Origin: Takakia lepidozioides | Taxonomy: Eukaryota > Plantae > Bryophyta | NCBI GenBank assembly: GCA_030704615.1 | Contig: CM060734.1 | Location: 25,916,001-25,980,000 of the forward strand | Length of the DNA: 64,000 nucleotides | Direction: 5' to 3' | In this document: positions 49,301 through 62,444 of the stretch, in pieces | Layout of the letters: each line of letters starts with the position of its first letter | How positions within the stretch are numbered: position 1 is the stretch's first letter | Notes under the pieces: generated by a model | What the model was told of the DNA's origin: nothing | Database searches by the model: none | Seen by the model: only the letters and a program-made list of their open reading frames with translations | Program-made: the position numbers and the translations under genes

Positions 49301-49784
49301 GGCGAATCGGAAGCGGAGGGAAGTGAAGTTTGAGGCAGGCACAGAGGTCTGGTTGAACATCAAGAATTTTCGACTACCTCCGGAAATGAGTCCGAAGTTC
49401 GTACCTCCGTATGCGGGTCCCTTTCGCATTCGGAGGGTTATGAATGAGGATGTGTATGAATTGGAGCTGCCAGCAAACAGCAAGGTGCACCCAGTATTCC
49501 ATGTCTCCCTTTTGAAGCCTTACTTCAAAGATGAAGCACGTCCGAATCGGCAGCAAGTGTTGCGTCCGCCACCTATGCTGTTGGATCATGAAAATGAACC
49601 CGAGTACGAGGTGGAGGCAATACTTAAGTCGAGGAGGTTCAAGAACCGAGAAACGGAGTATCTCGTCAAATGGAAGGGCTATCATCTTGTGGAGGCATCT
49701 TGGGTGCGTGCCTCAGAAATGGGAAACGCATCCGAGGCAGTTGCAGCGTTCGAAGGGCGACCTCAAAAGCGGAAGAAGCGTTGA
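46241..49784 (+). CDS. pol: Chromovirus pol: PR-RT-RH-INT-chromodomain
   Basis: [43 protein letters not shown]...EYLVKWKGY...SW; one frameshift in the A-run at ~48660. Confidence 0.95.
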
Positions 49785-50690
49785 TGGGGACATCAACCTT
49801 GGAGCGTGGGGGAGGAAATGCATGCTTAGCCCGGTTTAGCTAGCTCAGGAATCCGATTGCAAAAACTTGTATTGTATAAAAATTTGTGATAAAGGAAATG
49901 GGTTCCAAATATTGTGCGTCCTATTGTGTTTGGAATGGTGATGCATGGTGTGGTTGGCTGGTGTGTAGAATGCATGCTAGCTTACAAAAGTGGGAGAGGT
50001 AAATTGGGTTAATCGTGTGTTTGCGCAGTGCCGAAATCGGGTGACTCCCATCCAAGGGGCAAGGAAACTTGCGCCTTATTTGGGAGTTCAAGTGCTAGTG
50101 CGCACCTGGCGCGTGCGCGTACTATAACTGCGCTACCGAGGGGGTTGCCTTGTAGTGCGGGCTAACGCGGAAGCTACGTGCTTCCGTTCACGTACTATAA
50201 TCGTGTAGCCTCGGGACGAAGTCGTAGTGCGGCTTCGGCGTGTTCCCGTACCTCAGGCCAGCATTCCAAGGCGGACCCAATTGTAGTGATTGGGGCGCAC
50301 GGTTGGTTCAAGGTTATCTTCCTAGTCAAAGAGGGTTTCAGGTGAACCCTTGCTCAAGGTGATGCCAAAAGCGGCATCATGAGCGATCGCAAGCAATGTT
50401 GTTGCAGTAAGGCGATTCGATCCTCGGGGAGGATCGTTCCTTGGCCTTGAAGTAGGCCAAGAAGAGTGCACTGGGAGGAGCTGGAGAGGCTCCACCCTTG
50501 GCCGGGACTTGGAGGAAGTCGGCCGAACTAGCTAGTGGAGAGTGGAGTCAAGTGTGGGGTTTGGTTCTTTGCCATGGGACGCCATGGTACGGAAACAAAC
50601 TCCTTGATGTGGGACGCCACAACTTGGATGTTCGTTTCTACAAAATGGACAAGTCGATGAGGACATCGACTCCCTGTTGGTAGGGGTGTG

Positions 50691-51414
50691 TGTCGCGGCC
50701 CTTTGCCTTGAGGGCAGGGGGTCGGGACACATGAGGGGCTGCCCCTGTGGTGGGGGCAGCGGCGGCGATAGGTATGGGGGGCTGAAGCACCCTTGAGTGC
50801 CCAAGGCACTCAAGGAGGCGGAGGCGCTCACTAGGTGGAGCCCCGCACACCGGGTTGCGGTGGAGGTGGCTCCACAAGGGGTGGTGGTAGCTTAGTGGGA
50901 CTTAGTGGGGGTGGCATAGGACTCACCATGGGGTGGAGACCTCGAGGTGGGAGTCGTGGGGAGTCTTGGGACTCATCACGGTCCATTGGGGCCGCGGTGA
51001 GTGGGCCAAGACTCACCGCGACTCACCACCGGGAGTCGAGGGTTTTCGTGGTGGTTCGCCATAAAATGGCATGGCTGGTTATGAAACCCCCGCGGACAGC
51101 TACAGAAGTATATATAGGGAGTAGTAACCCCGAGAACGGTGCAAGCCCGTTGGTGACCAAAAACTAGTGAGTAAGCGAGCGAGCCGGAAAGCGACCAAAG
51201 AGTGGGGAGCTGTTCCGGACTGCCATCTACCAAAGGGAATTCTCCTAGTCCCAAATAGGTGGAGGGTTTAGAGGGAAGCGGAAGGGGACCGTTATGTCCC
51301 GGTGAGCAGCCGAAACTCCAAGTTGGCCCGGCGGCCAGGTTGGGAGTCAGGCGCGCGCATCAAAGCGAGTAACTATGACTTGAAGGGGAGTTTACCGAAG
51401 TGAGGTGTGCGACA
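50691..51414 (+). repeat. 3' LTR of chromovirus
   Basis: Direct repeat of 44446-45169. Confidence 0.95.
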
Positions 51415-52434
51415 GCTATGCTCCCTCTTTATACCGTATTCGTGGCATGTGTCTTCAAACTCACCTCCCCACTCTGTGCCATTGTCAGTGAGCAACGTAT
51501 GTGGGCAGCTATACCTGTCAATTACTTCTTCCTCAAGAAAGCGGGCAGCAAGGGCTGCTGTATGATCTGCCACTGTTGCAGCTTCTATCCATTTTGAGAA
51601 GTGATCGATTGCCACCAGAAAGTACTGATTGCCCCTGCTGGTTATAGGTAATGGTCCTGCCGTGTCCATTGCAACTCTGAAAAACAGATCCACTACTGGA
51701 ATGCTGTGAAGTTTTGAGCTACCTGAGCGCAACACTCCGTTCTGTTTGGCCATCTGACATTTACCACAGCCCTTGAGTACTTGCCTGATGAGTTTTGTTC
51801 TATCATGCCAGAAATAACGTCGGCATATCTCCTCTTGTGTTCTTCTGACTCCAAAGTGGCCAGTGGCTTCATGTACTTCAATGATTATTGCCCCTCTGTC
51901 AGTTCTTGGTGGAACTACCCTTCCATCAAAGTAGACCTCACCTTTGAGATATGAGTACTGCCTTGCCCGCCTCTTGGCTCTCTTGCTCTCCTCTTTTGTC
52001 AGGTAGTCATTGACTTCTCCAAAACATAAGAGGTGCATGACTTCCACATCATCAAGCACATCAGGTTGCCTTTCCTCCTTAACAGCTGCTGTATGATGGT
52101 CAGAGCTGATGAGAGAGCTTTTCCCCCATCTTTCAGCCTCACGTAATAATGACATCTGAGTAGCTTTGGTGGGTGCGGTCCATGGTACCCAGTGAGGTTT
52201 GCTATTTCATGAGCATGAGCGGCATGAGCGGCATGAGCAGAGTAGTAACACAATCGGTTTTCATGAGCAGAAGTACAAATTTCGAAAATAAAAAACAATA
52301 AAAAACAATAATTTAATGCAATGTGTCAGAAAAAACAAATATATTATTCGGCCCCTTGAAGGGAAAATTGCACTTTTGACAGTTGTGCTCATGATATTTC
52401 GTCTTCCGCTCATGCCAATTGCCAGCGACATGTG

Positions 52435-52800
52435 CAAATATGGCGCCGAATTTCGCAGTAATAGGGTCCGTAACCTGAAAAAACGGGGACGTATTTCGCG
52501 GCAATAGGTCTCTCTGGCGAAAAATGGTGCCGAATTCCGCGGCTATAGGTCCCCTCATGACAGGTAATTCGGCGCCATTTTTCCAGTGCATGTTCGGACT
52601 TAGCCAGTTTTCGGCCCAAAAAAGAGAAATTCGGCGCCATTTTTCCAGACACGGTACCAGTGCATGTTGGGACTTAGCCAGTTTTCGGCCCCAAAAAGAG
52701 AAATTCGGCGCCATTTTCCCAAACACAGGTACCAATGCATGTTGGGACTTAGCGAGTTTTCGGCCCCAAAAAGAGAAATTCGGCGCCATTTTTCCAGAAA
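52435..52800. repeat. Subterminal array of AAATTCGGCGCCATTTT motifs (~77-bp unit)
   Basis: Copies in both orientations; same array at 62055-62340. Confidence 0.85.
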
Positions 52801-52952
52801 TGGCCCCACAACTGCTTCGGTTGGATCTCAGTTTGAATGGAATATTGCCTCATTCCAGGAGTTTTGGGTGCATTTCATTACACTGCAAAAAAAAAGTCTG
52901 ATACAGCAAAATGCATTTGAAAATATCCATATGGAGGATTCCGTTTGCCCCA

Positions 52953-55900
52953 TCAATGATTTCTGGAATCCCTAAGGAGGAGTTTGTGCAGCTCGTTCAC
53001 GCTCAACGCCGGTGCATGAATAAAGTCATCAATAGTCACGTTCATCCTCAACCTCTTCAGGTAAATGTAATACAGATGCTTGCACGGATAATACTTCGAA
53101 CCCTTCTTTGCTTCCATCAACGAGAAGTCCGTACAGTTGCAAGTCGGCTCCACTCCAATCGTAATTGTGTATACATCGTCGCGTACAGCCGAGCCGGCCG
53201 TTGCCATCCGATACACACGCCCAAGGCCGGGTGGGGGTACGTCCACGGAGCTCTGAATAGTGCAAGCCATCCCAAGAGCATTCCGAGTCTCATTCAACTT
53301 GTTGGGAGGGTGTCGTCTCTTCACTCTTCCGAATCGCATTGTGGGATGTGCAGAATTGTCCAATCCGTCTCTACTGGACCGAGCAGTCTGCAATGGCTGG
53401 GTCTGAGGAACCGGAAATGCGTGGGCCGGGATGTCTGTGCGTTGCACCATTCGAAATCCTGCTGCAGATAGAGCATCCGCCTCATTCTGAGAGAGGCTGC
53501 AACCCGGTGCAACAGGCCAGACGCCCGGAGGCTCCGGCATTCCCTGAATCCCGTACTTGGGCTTGCCAAATACACAGGTCATTATGTCGTGCCTACAGAA
53601 CCAAAATGTCTGCGTTGTGGCGTGAGCAAATGTGGGAGTCAAAAATCTGCCGCTGAAACAAGGTGCAGGTACAGCACCGTGTGGGTTCCTCCGAATCATC
53701 TCACCACAGCGTGCTCTCGTATCCACCCGGATGGCGCAACACTTCCCTCGAAATGCCGGCAATGTCCTCGCAATTCTCCACTGTGACTCCGACACTCTTG
53801 TCTCCACAATGGGAATGTTGTATTGCTTTACTACAGATGGCTCGTTATGTTGCCGGGGCACGCGCCCTGTGCTCAAAGGAGATGGCGATCTTGAACGTGC
53901 AGGACTTCCGGTGCACGACGAGACCTCCTCGGACAACATCACCGGACCACGAGGGAGCGTGCGAATATTCTTGTCAGCTCGCCATGAATCCTCTCTCCGC
54001 CAGGTGCCCCGTCAAGTCTTCGTCTCACTGGACGGGTATGAACATCTCCTTCCAAATGTTGGCCTCTTCGCAGCAATGGCATGTCCCGAAGGCCCTCTCG
54101 CAAGGCCGCCGCCCACTTCCGAGGATTCTTCGATCTGGAGGCAGTCCGCATCAGCATTTCCTGCCTGTCCGGCCCCAAGCCCCACTGTTTCCCTTTCAAG
54201 AACTCGTTGTACCTGCATTGCTGCATAATTGACCTCACAATGTCCTCCGTTGTGGCAGTGAGGATGTCCACCAGATGCGCCGCAGAGGAGGCACGCCAGG
54301 AAGAGTGCACTGATTCGGCCATGTTTGTCGTGGGCATGTCGGTGTCGGAGTCGAGACACATTTCCTGCACAAGCACATGTTCAGGTTACAAGCAAGTTAC
54401 AAATATGGCCAAGAATAATATCCAACGGGACGCAAATTCGTGCAACTCACCTCCCGCATATAGTCGCCGAACTGGAGGAAACGATAATGCCACCATGCTA
54501 GCCAACTGACCATTGCTCCTTCGTCTGATTTCCTTACAGCACCTGACGATGTCCACCAAGCCCGTATGCATGCAAACTGTGTCTCTGCATCATCCAAGGT
54601 GGGAGCGCGCTTCCACGCAAGGCACATGGAACGGTGCTCCTCTCTGAAATCTGGCGCCACGAGCCTGGTTGTGTACTGCGAAAGGCTCTGCAGAAAATGG
54701 AACCCACAAGATCTCTCCTTGCCTTCCATGGGAACATTGGGGTCTTGCCCGTACACCCTTCGGATGGCAGCCCAATTTGCTTGTGCGTTGTCCGCCATGA
54801 AACCACGGAAATTGGGAGGGGGCAATCCCGCCTTGGCCATCTGTTCGTTTATTCCCTGCCAAAGAAGCATCTCCGATTGTGTGTCCTCTCCTTTCATCTC
54901 ACAAATAGCAATTGTCATTAGCATCCTGCAGTGGGTGTCGTAGACATGTGCACCCATTGTCACCCACTGGTGATTTGTAATTCGCTTGATATGGTCGAAC
55001 ATGACCCAACTGTTTGACAAGTTCCACTCGTCATCCTGTCGACCAGTTCGACGCCACTGCCAGGTCCACACGTGGACATTTTGAATACGAAACAACGGTG
55101 TCCTGGAAACCTACTTCCATGAATGTAGTCATATCCACATCGTCGCTTCACCTCCAGAATGGAGTGCATATCCGAGCCACGCCCAATTTTCTGTTTGCAT
55201 GAGACAATGTGGTTTCGGACATTCGGTGAACATACGTGGGACACCGACTCCAGCAATGCCTCCATTTCCTTCTCGTCGAGAGGAACTCTATCGGAGCCGT
55301 CTTCCGACATAATTCTGGCCAATGCCATCTTATGGGCGGCTTGGAGCTGTATCTGTTTGGGTTTGGCACCCGGTCTCAACTTAACCTCCTCCTGAACGAG
55401 CTGCTCTGCTTCGTGGGCAGCCTCCCGCGAGTTCCCCCTCGCCAATTTGTGACAATGGGAACCAACGTGTATGCAAGCTCGGGTGAGGTCAGGGAAACGG
55501 TGCAACACATAGAACTGCTTGGCATTACAAACAGACATGTAGTGTGGTGGTTCTTTGCAATGCGCACACTTAAATGTGGAGTCGGAACCTTCTCCTGAGC
55601 TCGAAATGGTTGGTGAGCTGTGCCTGTCCAATCGGTCTCGTTCCTGTGACCTCTGGATTTAAAGTGGAAGCAAGTTGGGGAGAAACACCGCAACGCGCCC
55701 GCACAAACAACGTAGCGCACCCGCACACCATCAAGCATCTTCATGCTGGTGGTTTTGGTAACGCACCAAGGATGACCGTCATGTTTTCTATCCATATCTG
55801 TCAACATTCCGGACGCCTCGAGTAGTCCGCCCGAGGAGGGAACTCAAAGATATTACCGTCGACGTCGGCGGGAAGGCATGTAACCGATTTAATTGCGAAC

Positions 55901-56507
55901 TTGCTGTAGTCCAGCCCGGCCAGCTCCGACCGGTGTCCCTCCAGGTGAAGCCCTCGCAGAATTTCTAGAATAGATCGAACTGCGGTGCTCGTGCTGGGAA
56001 TATGACTCCTCCTCACTGACGTCCATTGAGGACTTGCTGATCTCCAGGACGACTCGGAACTTCCATGACCTCGTCTGAGTGGACAGGTTGTGAACAACCC
56101 GGTTCTCGGTCGTCTTCATGGATGGGTTCGCTCTGGATTTACTTCGTTGCGGACTTCTCTCTTTGAGGTACCCACTCTCTGATTCGCGGATTGTTTCGTG
56201 GAAGGCGCCAGGATAGACGGTGCATTTGGCGGGCAAATGAAGTCCCAAAGCCTTGTATATGACGCTGTCCGATGGTGGAACTCGCCATTCCCTGCCATCG
56301 CCGAAATCATGTGGAGCACAACAATACTCTCGACAACCAAGGCCGTTTGAGTCCTTCCTTCCTCTCCAAAAAAACCGACCCCGGTTTCAGGTGGTATCGA
56401 ACGCACAGATATTTTCTCCATCACTCGGCAGGTGTCCCCTTGCACGGAAATGAAGCTCTATGCTCTTGAGGAGGGCAGTACAAGTAGCGCTGGCGTTTTT
56501 CCGCCAT
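52953..56507 (-). CDS. MULE transposase, subfamily B (frameshifted, one intron)
   Basis: Same domain order and motifs as 12781-16339 (WVMFDH, FMADNAQAN, CGFH, TTNMAESVH, CNCTDF..PCKHL), intron at the same position after YMRE; clearly diverged sequence. Confidence 0.85.
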
Positions 56508-56511
56508 GGGA

Positions 56512-57011
56512 NNNNNNNNNNNNNNNNNNNNNNNNNNNNNNNNNNNNNNNNNNNNNNNNNNNNNNNNNNNNNNNNNNNNNNNNNNNNNNNNNNNNNNNNN
56601 NNNNNNNNNNNNNNNNNNNNNNNNNNNNNNNNNNNNNNNNNNNNNNNNNNNNNNNNNNNNNNNNNNNNNNNNNNNNNNNNNNNNNNNNNNNNNNNNNNNN
56701 NNNNNNNNNNNNNNNNNNNNNNNNNNNNNNNNNNNNNNNNNNNNNNNNNNNNNNNNNNNNNNNNNNNNNNNNNNNNNNNNNNNNNNNNNNNNNNNNNNNN
56801 NNNNNNNNNNNNNNNNNNNNNNNNNNNNNNNNNNNNNNNNNNNNNNNNNNNNNNNNNNNNNNNNNNNNNNNNNNNNNNNNNNNNNNNNNNNNNNNNNNNN
56901 NNNNNNNNNNNNNNNNNNNNNNNNNNNNNNNNNNNNNNNNNNNNNNNNNNNNNNNNNNNNNNNNNNNNNNNNNNNNNNNNNNNNNNNNNNNNNNNNNNNN
57001 NNNNNNNNNNN
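56512..57011. other. Assembly gap (500 N)
   Basis: Run of N; the two sides belong to different MULE subfamilies in opposite orientations. Confidence 1.
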
Positions 57012-59500
57012 TGTGCAGGAAGCACAGGACATCATAAAAGGAGGAGGTGAAATGAGCCCCGGAGCCAGACAAAGCAGATTCAGCTGAAGGCAGCCCACAA
57101 GATTGCTCTTGGAAAAATCATGTCTGAAGATGGTTCCGACCGAGAGCCCTTGACCGAAGACGAGATGCGTGACCTCTTGGAGTCCGTCTCGCACGTTTGT
57201 AGTCCGAATGTGCGGAATCACATCGTATCTTGCAAGCAGGAGTTCGGCAGGGGGTCGGACATGTACTCAATCCTGGAGGTGAAACGAATGACTGGATATG
57301 ACTACATCCAAGATAGCAGGTTTCCAGGGCAAGGCAGCGAATCCGATCGTTGTTACATTTTCAAAAATGTCGACGTGTGGGCCTGGGAGTGGAGTCGACT
57401 TGGTCACTCGCATGACAACTGGAAACTTGTCGAATGCTTGGGTGATGTTTGATCACATCAAGCGAATTACAAACCATCAGTGGGTGACTATGGGTGCGCA
57501 TGTTTATGACTATCACTCCAAGAGGCTCATGACGATTGCAATCTGCGAGATGAAAGGGGAGGACACACAGTCCGAGATGCATCTGTGGGAGGCATAAACC
57601 AGCAGATGGCAAGGGCGGGATTGCCAGAGCCCAATTTCAGGGGATTCATGGCAGACAACGCTCAGGCCAACTGGGCAGCGGTGCGGCGTGTGTACGGTGA
57701 GGACCCCAATGTTCCAATGGAGGGGAAAGAGAGATCCTGTGGATTCCATTGGATGCAGAGTCTATCCCACTACACTACCAAATTTGTTGCTAGCTCATTC
57801 CAGGCTGAACACCGTGTCCTTTGTACGGCGTGGAAGGATGCACCCACATTTGATGACGCGGAGGTTAAGTTTGCTATCATCGAGGCTTGGTGGAACACGT
57901 CAGGTGCAGTGGAGACAACCAATCTGGGAGCATTGCACAGCTGGTTGGGGTGGTGGCATTTCGGTATCGACAGTTCGGACAGTACATGCGGGAGGTAGGC
58001 TGCTGTCATTTTCGTTCATTTGTCTTTCTGTTACGGACATTTCGATTGGTCCCTCACCGTTGTTTGTGTCCTTCTAGGAGCGGTGCTTGGATTCCGACAC
58101 GGACATGCCGAACACGAATATGCAGAATCGGTCCACTCCTCCTGGCGAGCGTCTTCTGCCGCACATCTGGTGGACGTAGTGACGGCCACAACGGAGGACA
58201 TCGACAGAGCAATCATGCAGCAAGCCACGTACTACAAGTTCCTGAGCGGCAAACAATGGGGCTTTGGGCGGACAGGGAGGAATTGTTGGTACGAACAGCT
58301 TCGAGGTCCAAGAATCCAGTGAAATGGGCGACAGCATTGCGAGAGAAGATCAAAGGGACGCCTCTGCACCGCAGAGGTGAACACCTAGAGGGGACGTCCG
58401 GACTCGCCCTGTTAGGCGGAGGATTGAAGAGGAACCCGGTGCGAAGAGGATTCCTGGAGATCCGACAGGAACATTCGGACAGCACCTCGAGGTCCCGTCA
58501 TGTTGCCGCACAATGTGTCTTCCAGCAGTGGAAGCCCAAGAAATTCCAGATCGCCGTCGCCTTCAACCGGGGATTTCGTGCAACAAATTCCCACCGCTCC
58601 CTTGCCCCACATTCCGCCCGCTGTTATGCAGTATGGCCAAGCCATTGTGGAGACGACTGTGTCTGCCTCACAGTGGAGAATTGCTCGCACAAAGCCGTCG
58701 TTTCGAGGAAGGTGTTCCGCAATTCGTGTGGATACACGGCAACGTTGTTTAGAGATGATAAGGAGGAATCCAGATGGGGCTGTCCCTGCTCCTACTTTTA
58801 CAGGAAGATTTGTCCATGCAAAGTTTGCGGAGGCGACAACCACCCAGTTCTGGTTCTGCAGGCACGACATTATGACTTGCGTGTATGGAAAGCCCAAGTA
58901 CGGCATACAGACAATGCCAGAGGCTCCCCCGGTGTGGCCGGTGGAACCAGGCTGCGATCTGAGTCAGGTTGAGGCCGACGCCCTTACCGCCGCAGGATTT
59001 CGGATGGTGCAGCGCACTGACGTGCCCAGACAACCATTTCCGCTTCCACAGCCTCCACCACCGACCCCTGTGAGAGCAAGAACAATGGGACACGACAGCT
59101 CTAAGCATCCTACACCGTTGGGGGAAACCGAAGAGGCGGCGACCTCCCTCAAAAGTGAACGAGACAAGGATGGGGAATGCACTTCGGATGAACTGTACAA
59201 TCCAGAGCTCGACAGAAGTGCCCCCACCAGGATTCGGGCGTGTGTATCAGATGGCCACGGCGGGCTCAGCTGTTCGCAATGAGGTGTACACCATCACCAT
59301 TTCAGAATTACCCACCTGCAATTGCCGACTTCCAGATCATGGCGAACAAGGGGGCATCATACTGCCCTTGCAAGCATTTGTACTACGTGTACCTAAAGAG
59401 ACTCCATTGTAATTCCACAACTCATCACTTCATACATGCACCAGGGTTGAGCCCCCAGGAGGTTCACACTCTTCTGAATATGGATCCAGGGGACCAGTGA
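57012..59500 (+). CDS. MULE transposase, C-terminal two-thirds (frameshifted; intron 57995-58077)
   Basis: DDE and SWIM motifs as in A2; stop after LLNMDPGDQ at 59500. Confidence 0.85.
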
Positions 59501-60353
59501 GCTTGGCTTGCGGTCCACATACAATGGTACGCCCATCGGATAGTAGAACTGTACTGCTGCCAGTACCTCAGACTCTGGCCACACAAAGGTCCGACATATG
59601 TCTTGCCTACCAGTAACCTGTTTTGATCGAACTAAGATATTACTATATCGTTCACTTGTTTCCACGTGCATGTATTTTTGTATGTTGGAGGGTTCATGTT
59701 TTTCTGCTTTCCGAAAACTTGCTCTCCTCATTCGACCTCCGACAAGGAAATGCGGCGCCGAATTTCCAAGTATCGTCGTAGGTACCCAGAGGCGGCCTTC
59801 GCCAACACCAAACCGCTCCGAAATTTCGCACGTGCGAACCCTAATGCGGCACCCTATTTCCCAGTTCAGTTGCAAACCTTTCCCGCCGAATACCCGAAGA
59901 AGACAGAATTGTGAAGTACTGCAGACTGTATTGGTGCAGACTCCATTGGTTCAATCGCGGCAAAAGGGTCAGCTTCATTCCAATGTTAAGGCATGTAAAA
60001 CCGCGGAATACTCTATACAGGCCAGTATGCGACGTCCTTTTGCAGTGGTATACTGGATTTCCCGTTGCACGGTCACTTATTTCCATGAGCGGATCTATAA
60101 AACCATGAGCGGACTTGTTACTGACGACATATCTTCGCCGCATTACATGATCTGGAACGTCCAAAAACGGCAAGGTCAAATAAAAAAACTATTATTTTAA
60201 TACTTGTTTAATCTGCCGCATTTCCAAATTTGGAGGAGTCCGCTCATGAAATCCGCGTATCTTAGACTTCGGCTCACCGCTCATGCGGCTCATGCGGCTC
60301 ATGCGGCTCATGGCTCATGGCTCATGGTTTCTGCTCATGAAATAGTAAACCTC
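57012..60353 (+). mobile_element. MULE subfamily A, copy A3 (transposase end + terminus), inverted relative to A2
   Basis: Reverse complement of ~11931-15235; ends ...GCTCATGAAATAGTAAACCTC at 60353. Confidence 0.9.
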
Positions 60354-61821
60354 TTCCTCAGTTAGTACATGCTGTTGCACCAGAGCCTATTGCTTTGGAA
60401 GGAGAAGGGTTGGACATTCCCACTACAGAGCAGGTTGTGGCAGAAATTGAGAAGGATGACCTTCTCTATGAAAACTCTAGCTTGGTCAGGGAATCAATGG
60501 TACCAGAGGTGCAGAGTCTGTCCAGGGAAATCCTTGCTGTGCATGTAATACCCAAACCTGTGGCGGAGGTACCAGGGGTAAAATGTAAGGGCACTGCAGC
60601 ACGTGTGGAGGATGAGGTGGTTCAGGAAGAGGATCTGGTGGGAACATGGCCTGAATGGTTGGTGAAACATCACACTATGGAGGATCAAGGAGAACAACAA
60701 CAAGTTCACCATGAAGACCCATAGCAGGCCATGCTTATGAATTCCATAAGCAGGACACTCAATTTGTTGGGCACTTATGTGAAATCCCATGTTCCATCTA
60801 CACAATTGGCAGCTTTGAGGGAGGACCTCAAGAAGGAGTTTGAGGCTAGAATTGCCACCGAGTGTGCAAACAAGGTAGATGAAGAGGCCAACCTCAAGTT
60901 GCAAAAAGAATTGGAGGACACAAAGGCTGTCTTGCAGTTGGCTAAGGGGAATTTGATTGAAGCAGGTCTCGAGCAAGAGAAGTTGCATGAAGCACATAAG
61001 CAATAGCTATATCAATTGCAGGTGAAGCATGAGGGCAAGTTGCAGGAAGTGAACATGCTACATACAGAGTTGGAGGCAGTTCATCAGAGAATGACCATCC
61101 AATGTGCCACACTAACAACTGCTCTGGACCAAACTGCATTAGAAGTTAACAGACAAGCAGAGAGGTGTATGATGGCAGAGGCTGAGACAGTAGAGCAAGG
61201 GAAACTTATTGCTGATTTGCAGGCTACTATCAGTCGCAATGAGGATACTTTCCAACAGTACAGTCAGGTTGACGCTGAGAAGGAACGGTACATTGTAACG
61301 TTGCAGCAAACACTCACGGCCCACAAGAATGAACTCTCTGTGGCTAACAAGGCTCGGAAGGAAGCCAATAATCTGGCTGCTGCCTATGCGGCCCTGGTTG
61401 AACCTCATGCGAAGCGCATGGAGGCTTTACAGCAGCAGATAAATGTGTACAGACTCAAGGAAGAGCAGGCTCTCAGGGCTGTCACACAGAACTTGGTGGA
61501 TAATCACCTTATGCAAGTGTGGTTAGCACAAGGGCCGGTAGAAGACAAAACACCAAGGAAGCTCACCTAGGGAGAGATGAATGATCTCAGGCTGCAGGTC
61601 CAAAACATTGCCACAACTACTATAGACAATGTCTATAGTAGAATAGTTGAGTTGCAGGATGATGTAGAAGGGCTACAGACTCAAATGGATGACTTGAGCT
61701 CGAACATTGACAACAGAGCTTTAGTTCCTGATGAGCAGCTCATGGCTACTTATTTGCAGGCCAGGGCTTTGGTTTTTCAATCTTCTTCCCAGGAGTTGCC
61801 AGTAGTAGGAGGGGGAGTGGC
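60354..61821 (+). pseudogene. Coiled-coil extra 3' ORF of a Gypsy-2 family copy
   Basis: In-frame run 60395-61821 broken only by TAG stops; heptad-rich (LREDLKKEFEARI..., LQQQINVYRLKEEQ); its end matches 38290-38630. Confidence 0.7.
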
Positions 61822-62444
61822 GAGGTTAGCTATTTCATGAGCATGAGCGGCATGAGCGGAGTAGTAAGACAATCGGTTTTCATGAGCAGAAGTACAAATT
61901 TCGAAAATAAAAAACAATGAAAAACATTAATTTAATGCAATGTGTCAGGAAAAACAAATATATTATTCGGCCCCTTGAAGGGAAAATTGTAGTTTTGACA
62001 GTTGTGCTCATGATATTTCATCTTCCGCTCATGCCAATTCCCAGCGACATGTGCAAATATGGCGCCGAATTTCGCGGTAATAGGGTCCGTAACCTGAAAA
62101 AACGGCGACGTATTTCGCGGTAATAGGTCTCTCTGGCGAAAAATGGTGCCGAATTCCGCGGCTATAGGTCCCCTCATGACAGGTAATTCGGCGCCATTTT
62201 TCCAGTGCATGTTCGGACTTAGCCAGTTTTCGGCGCAAAATAGGGAAATTCGGCGCCATTTTTCCAGACACTGTACCAGTGCATGTTGGGACTTAGTCAG
62301 TTTTCGGCCCAAAAAAGAGAAATTCGGCGCCATTTTTCCAGACACGGTACCAGTGCATGTTGGGTTTGTTTTTCTCCGAAAAATCAATCAGACACGCTCA
62401 GAATTACCTGCAGGAAGGTAATTCAGGGCTTCGAAATACCTAAC

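Larger units (their letters stand above)
44446..51414 (+). mobile_element. Young chromovirus (Ty3/gypsy with chromodomain)
   Basis: 724-bp LTRs 44446-45169 and 50691-51414 that look identical, TGTCGC...GCGACA ends, TSD GCTAT (44441-44445 / 51415-51419), PBS TGGTATCAGAGC, PPT before 50691. Confidence 0.97.
41460..52193 (-). mobile_element. Gypsy-1 copy 2 (3' LTR 41460-43762 + integrase), interrupted by a chromovirus and cut by MULE B1
   Basis: LTR TGTAGTGTG...CACACTACA; integrase 43784-44445 and 51415-52193 nearly identical to copy 1. Confidence 0.9.
52194..56511 (-). mobile_element. MULE subfamily B, copy B1 (left end + transposase; truncated by gap)
   Basis: Terminus GAGGTTTGCTATTTCATGAGC(ATGAGCGGC)n abruptly interrupts Gypsy-1 pol after GTACCCAGT. 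Confidence 0.88.

Noticed and set aside
56387-57221. ORFs spanning poly-X
   Set aside because: Artefacts of the N gap.
52194-60353. One intact element bounded by inverted GAGGTTT...AAACCTC ends
   Set aside because: Both are 'left' ends from different subfamilies, flanks GTACCCAGT and TTCCTCAGT are not a perfect TSD and come from different host retroelements, and an N gap separates them.
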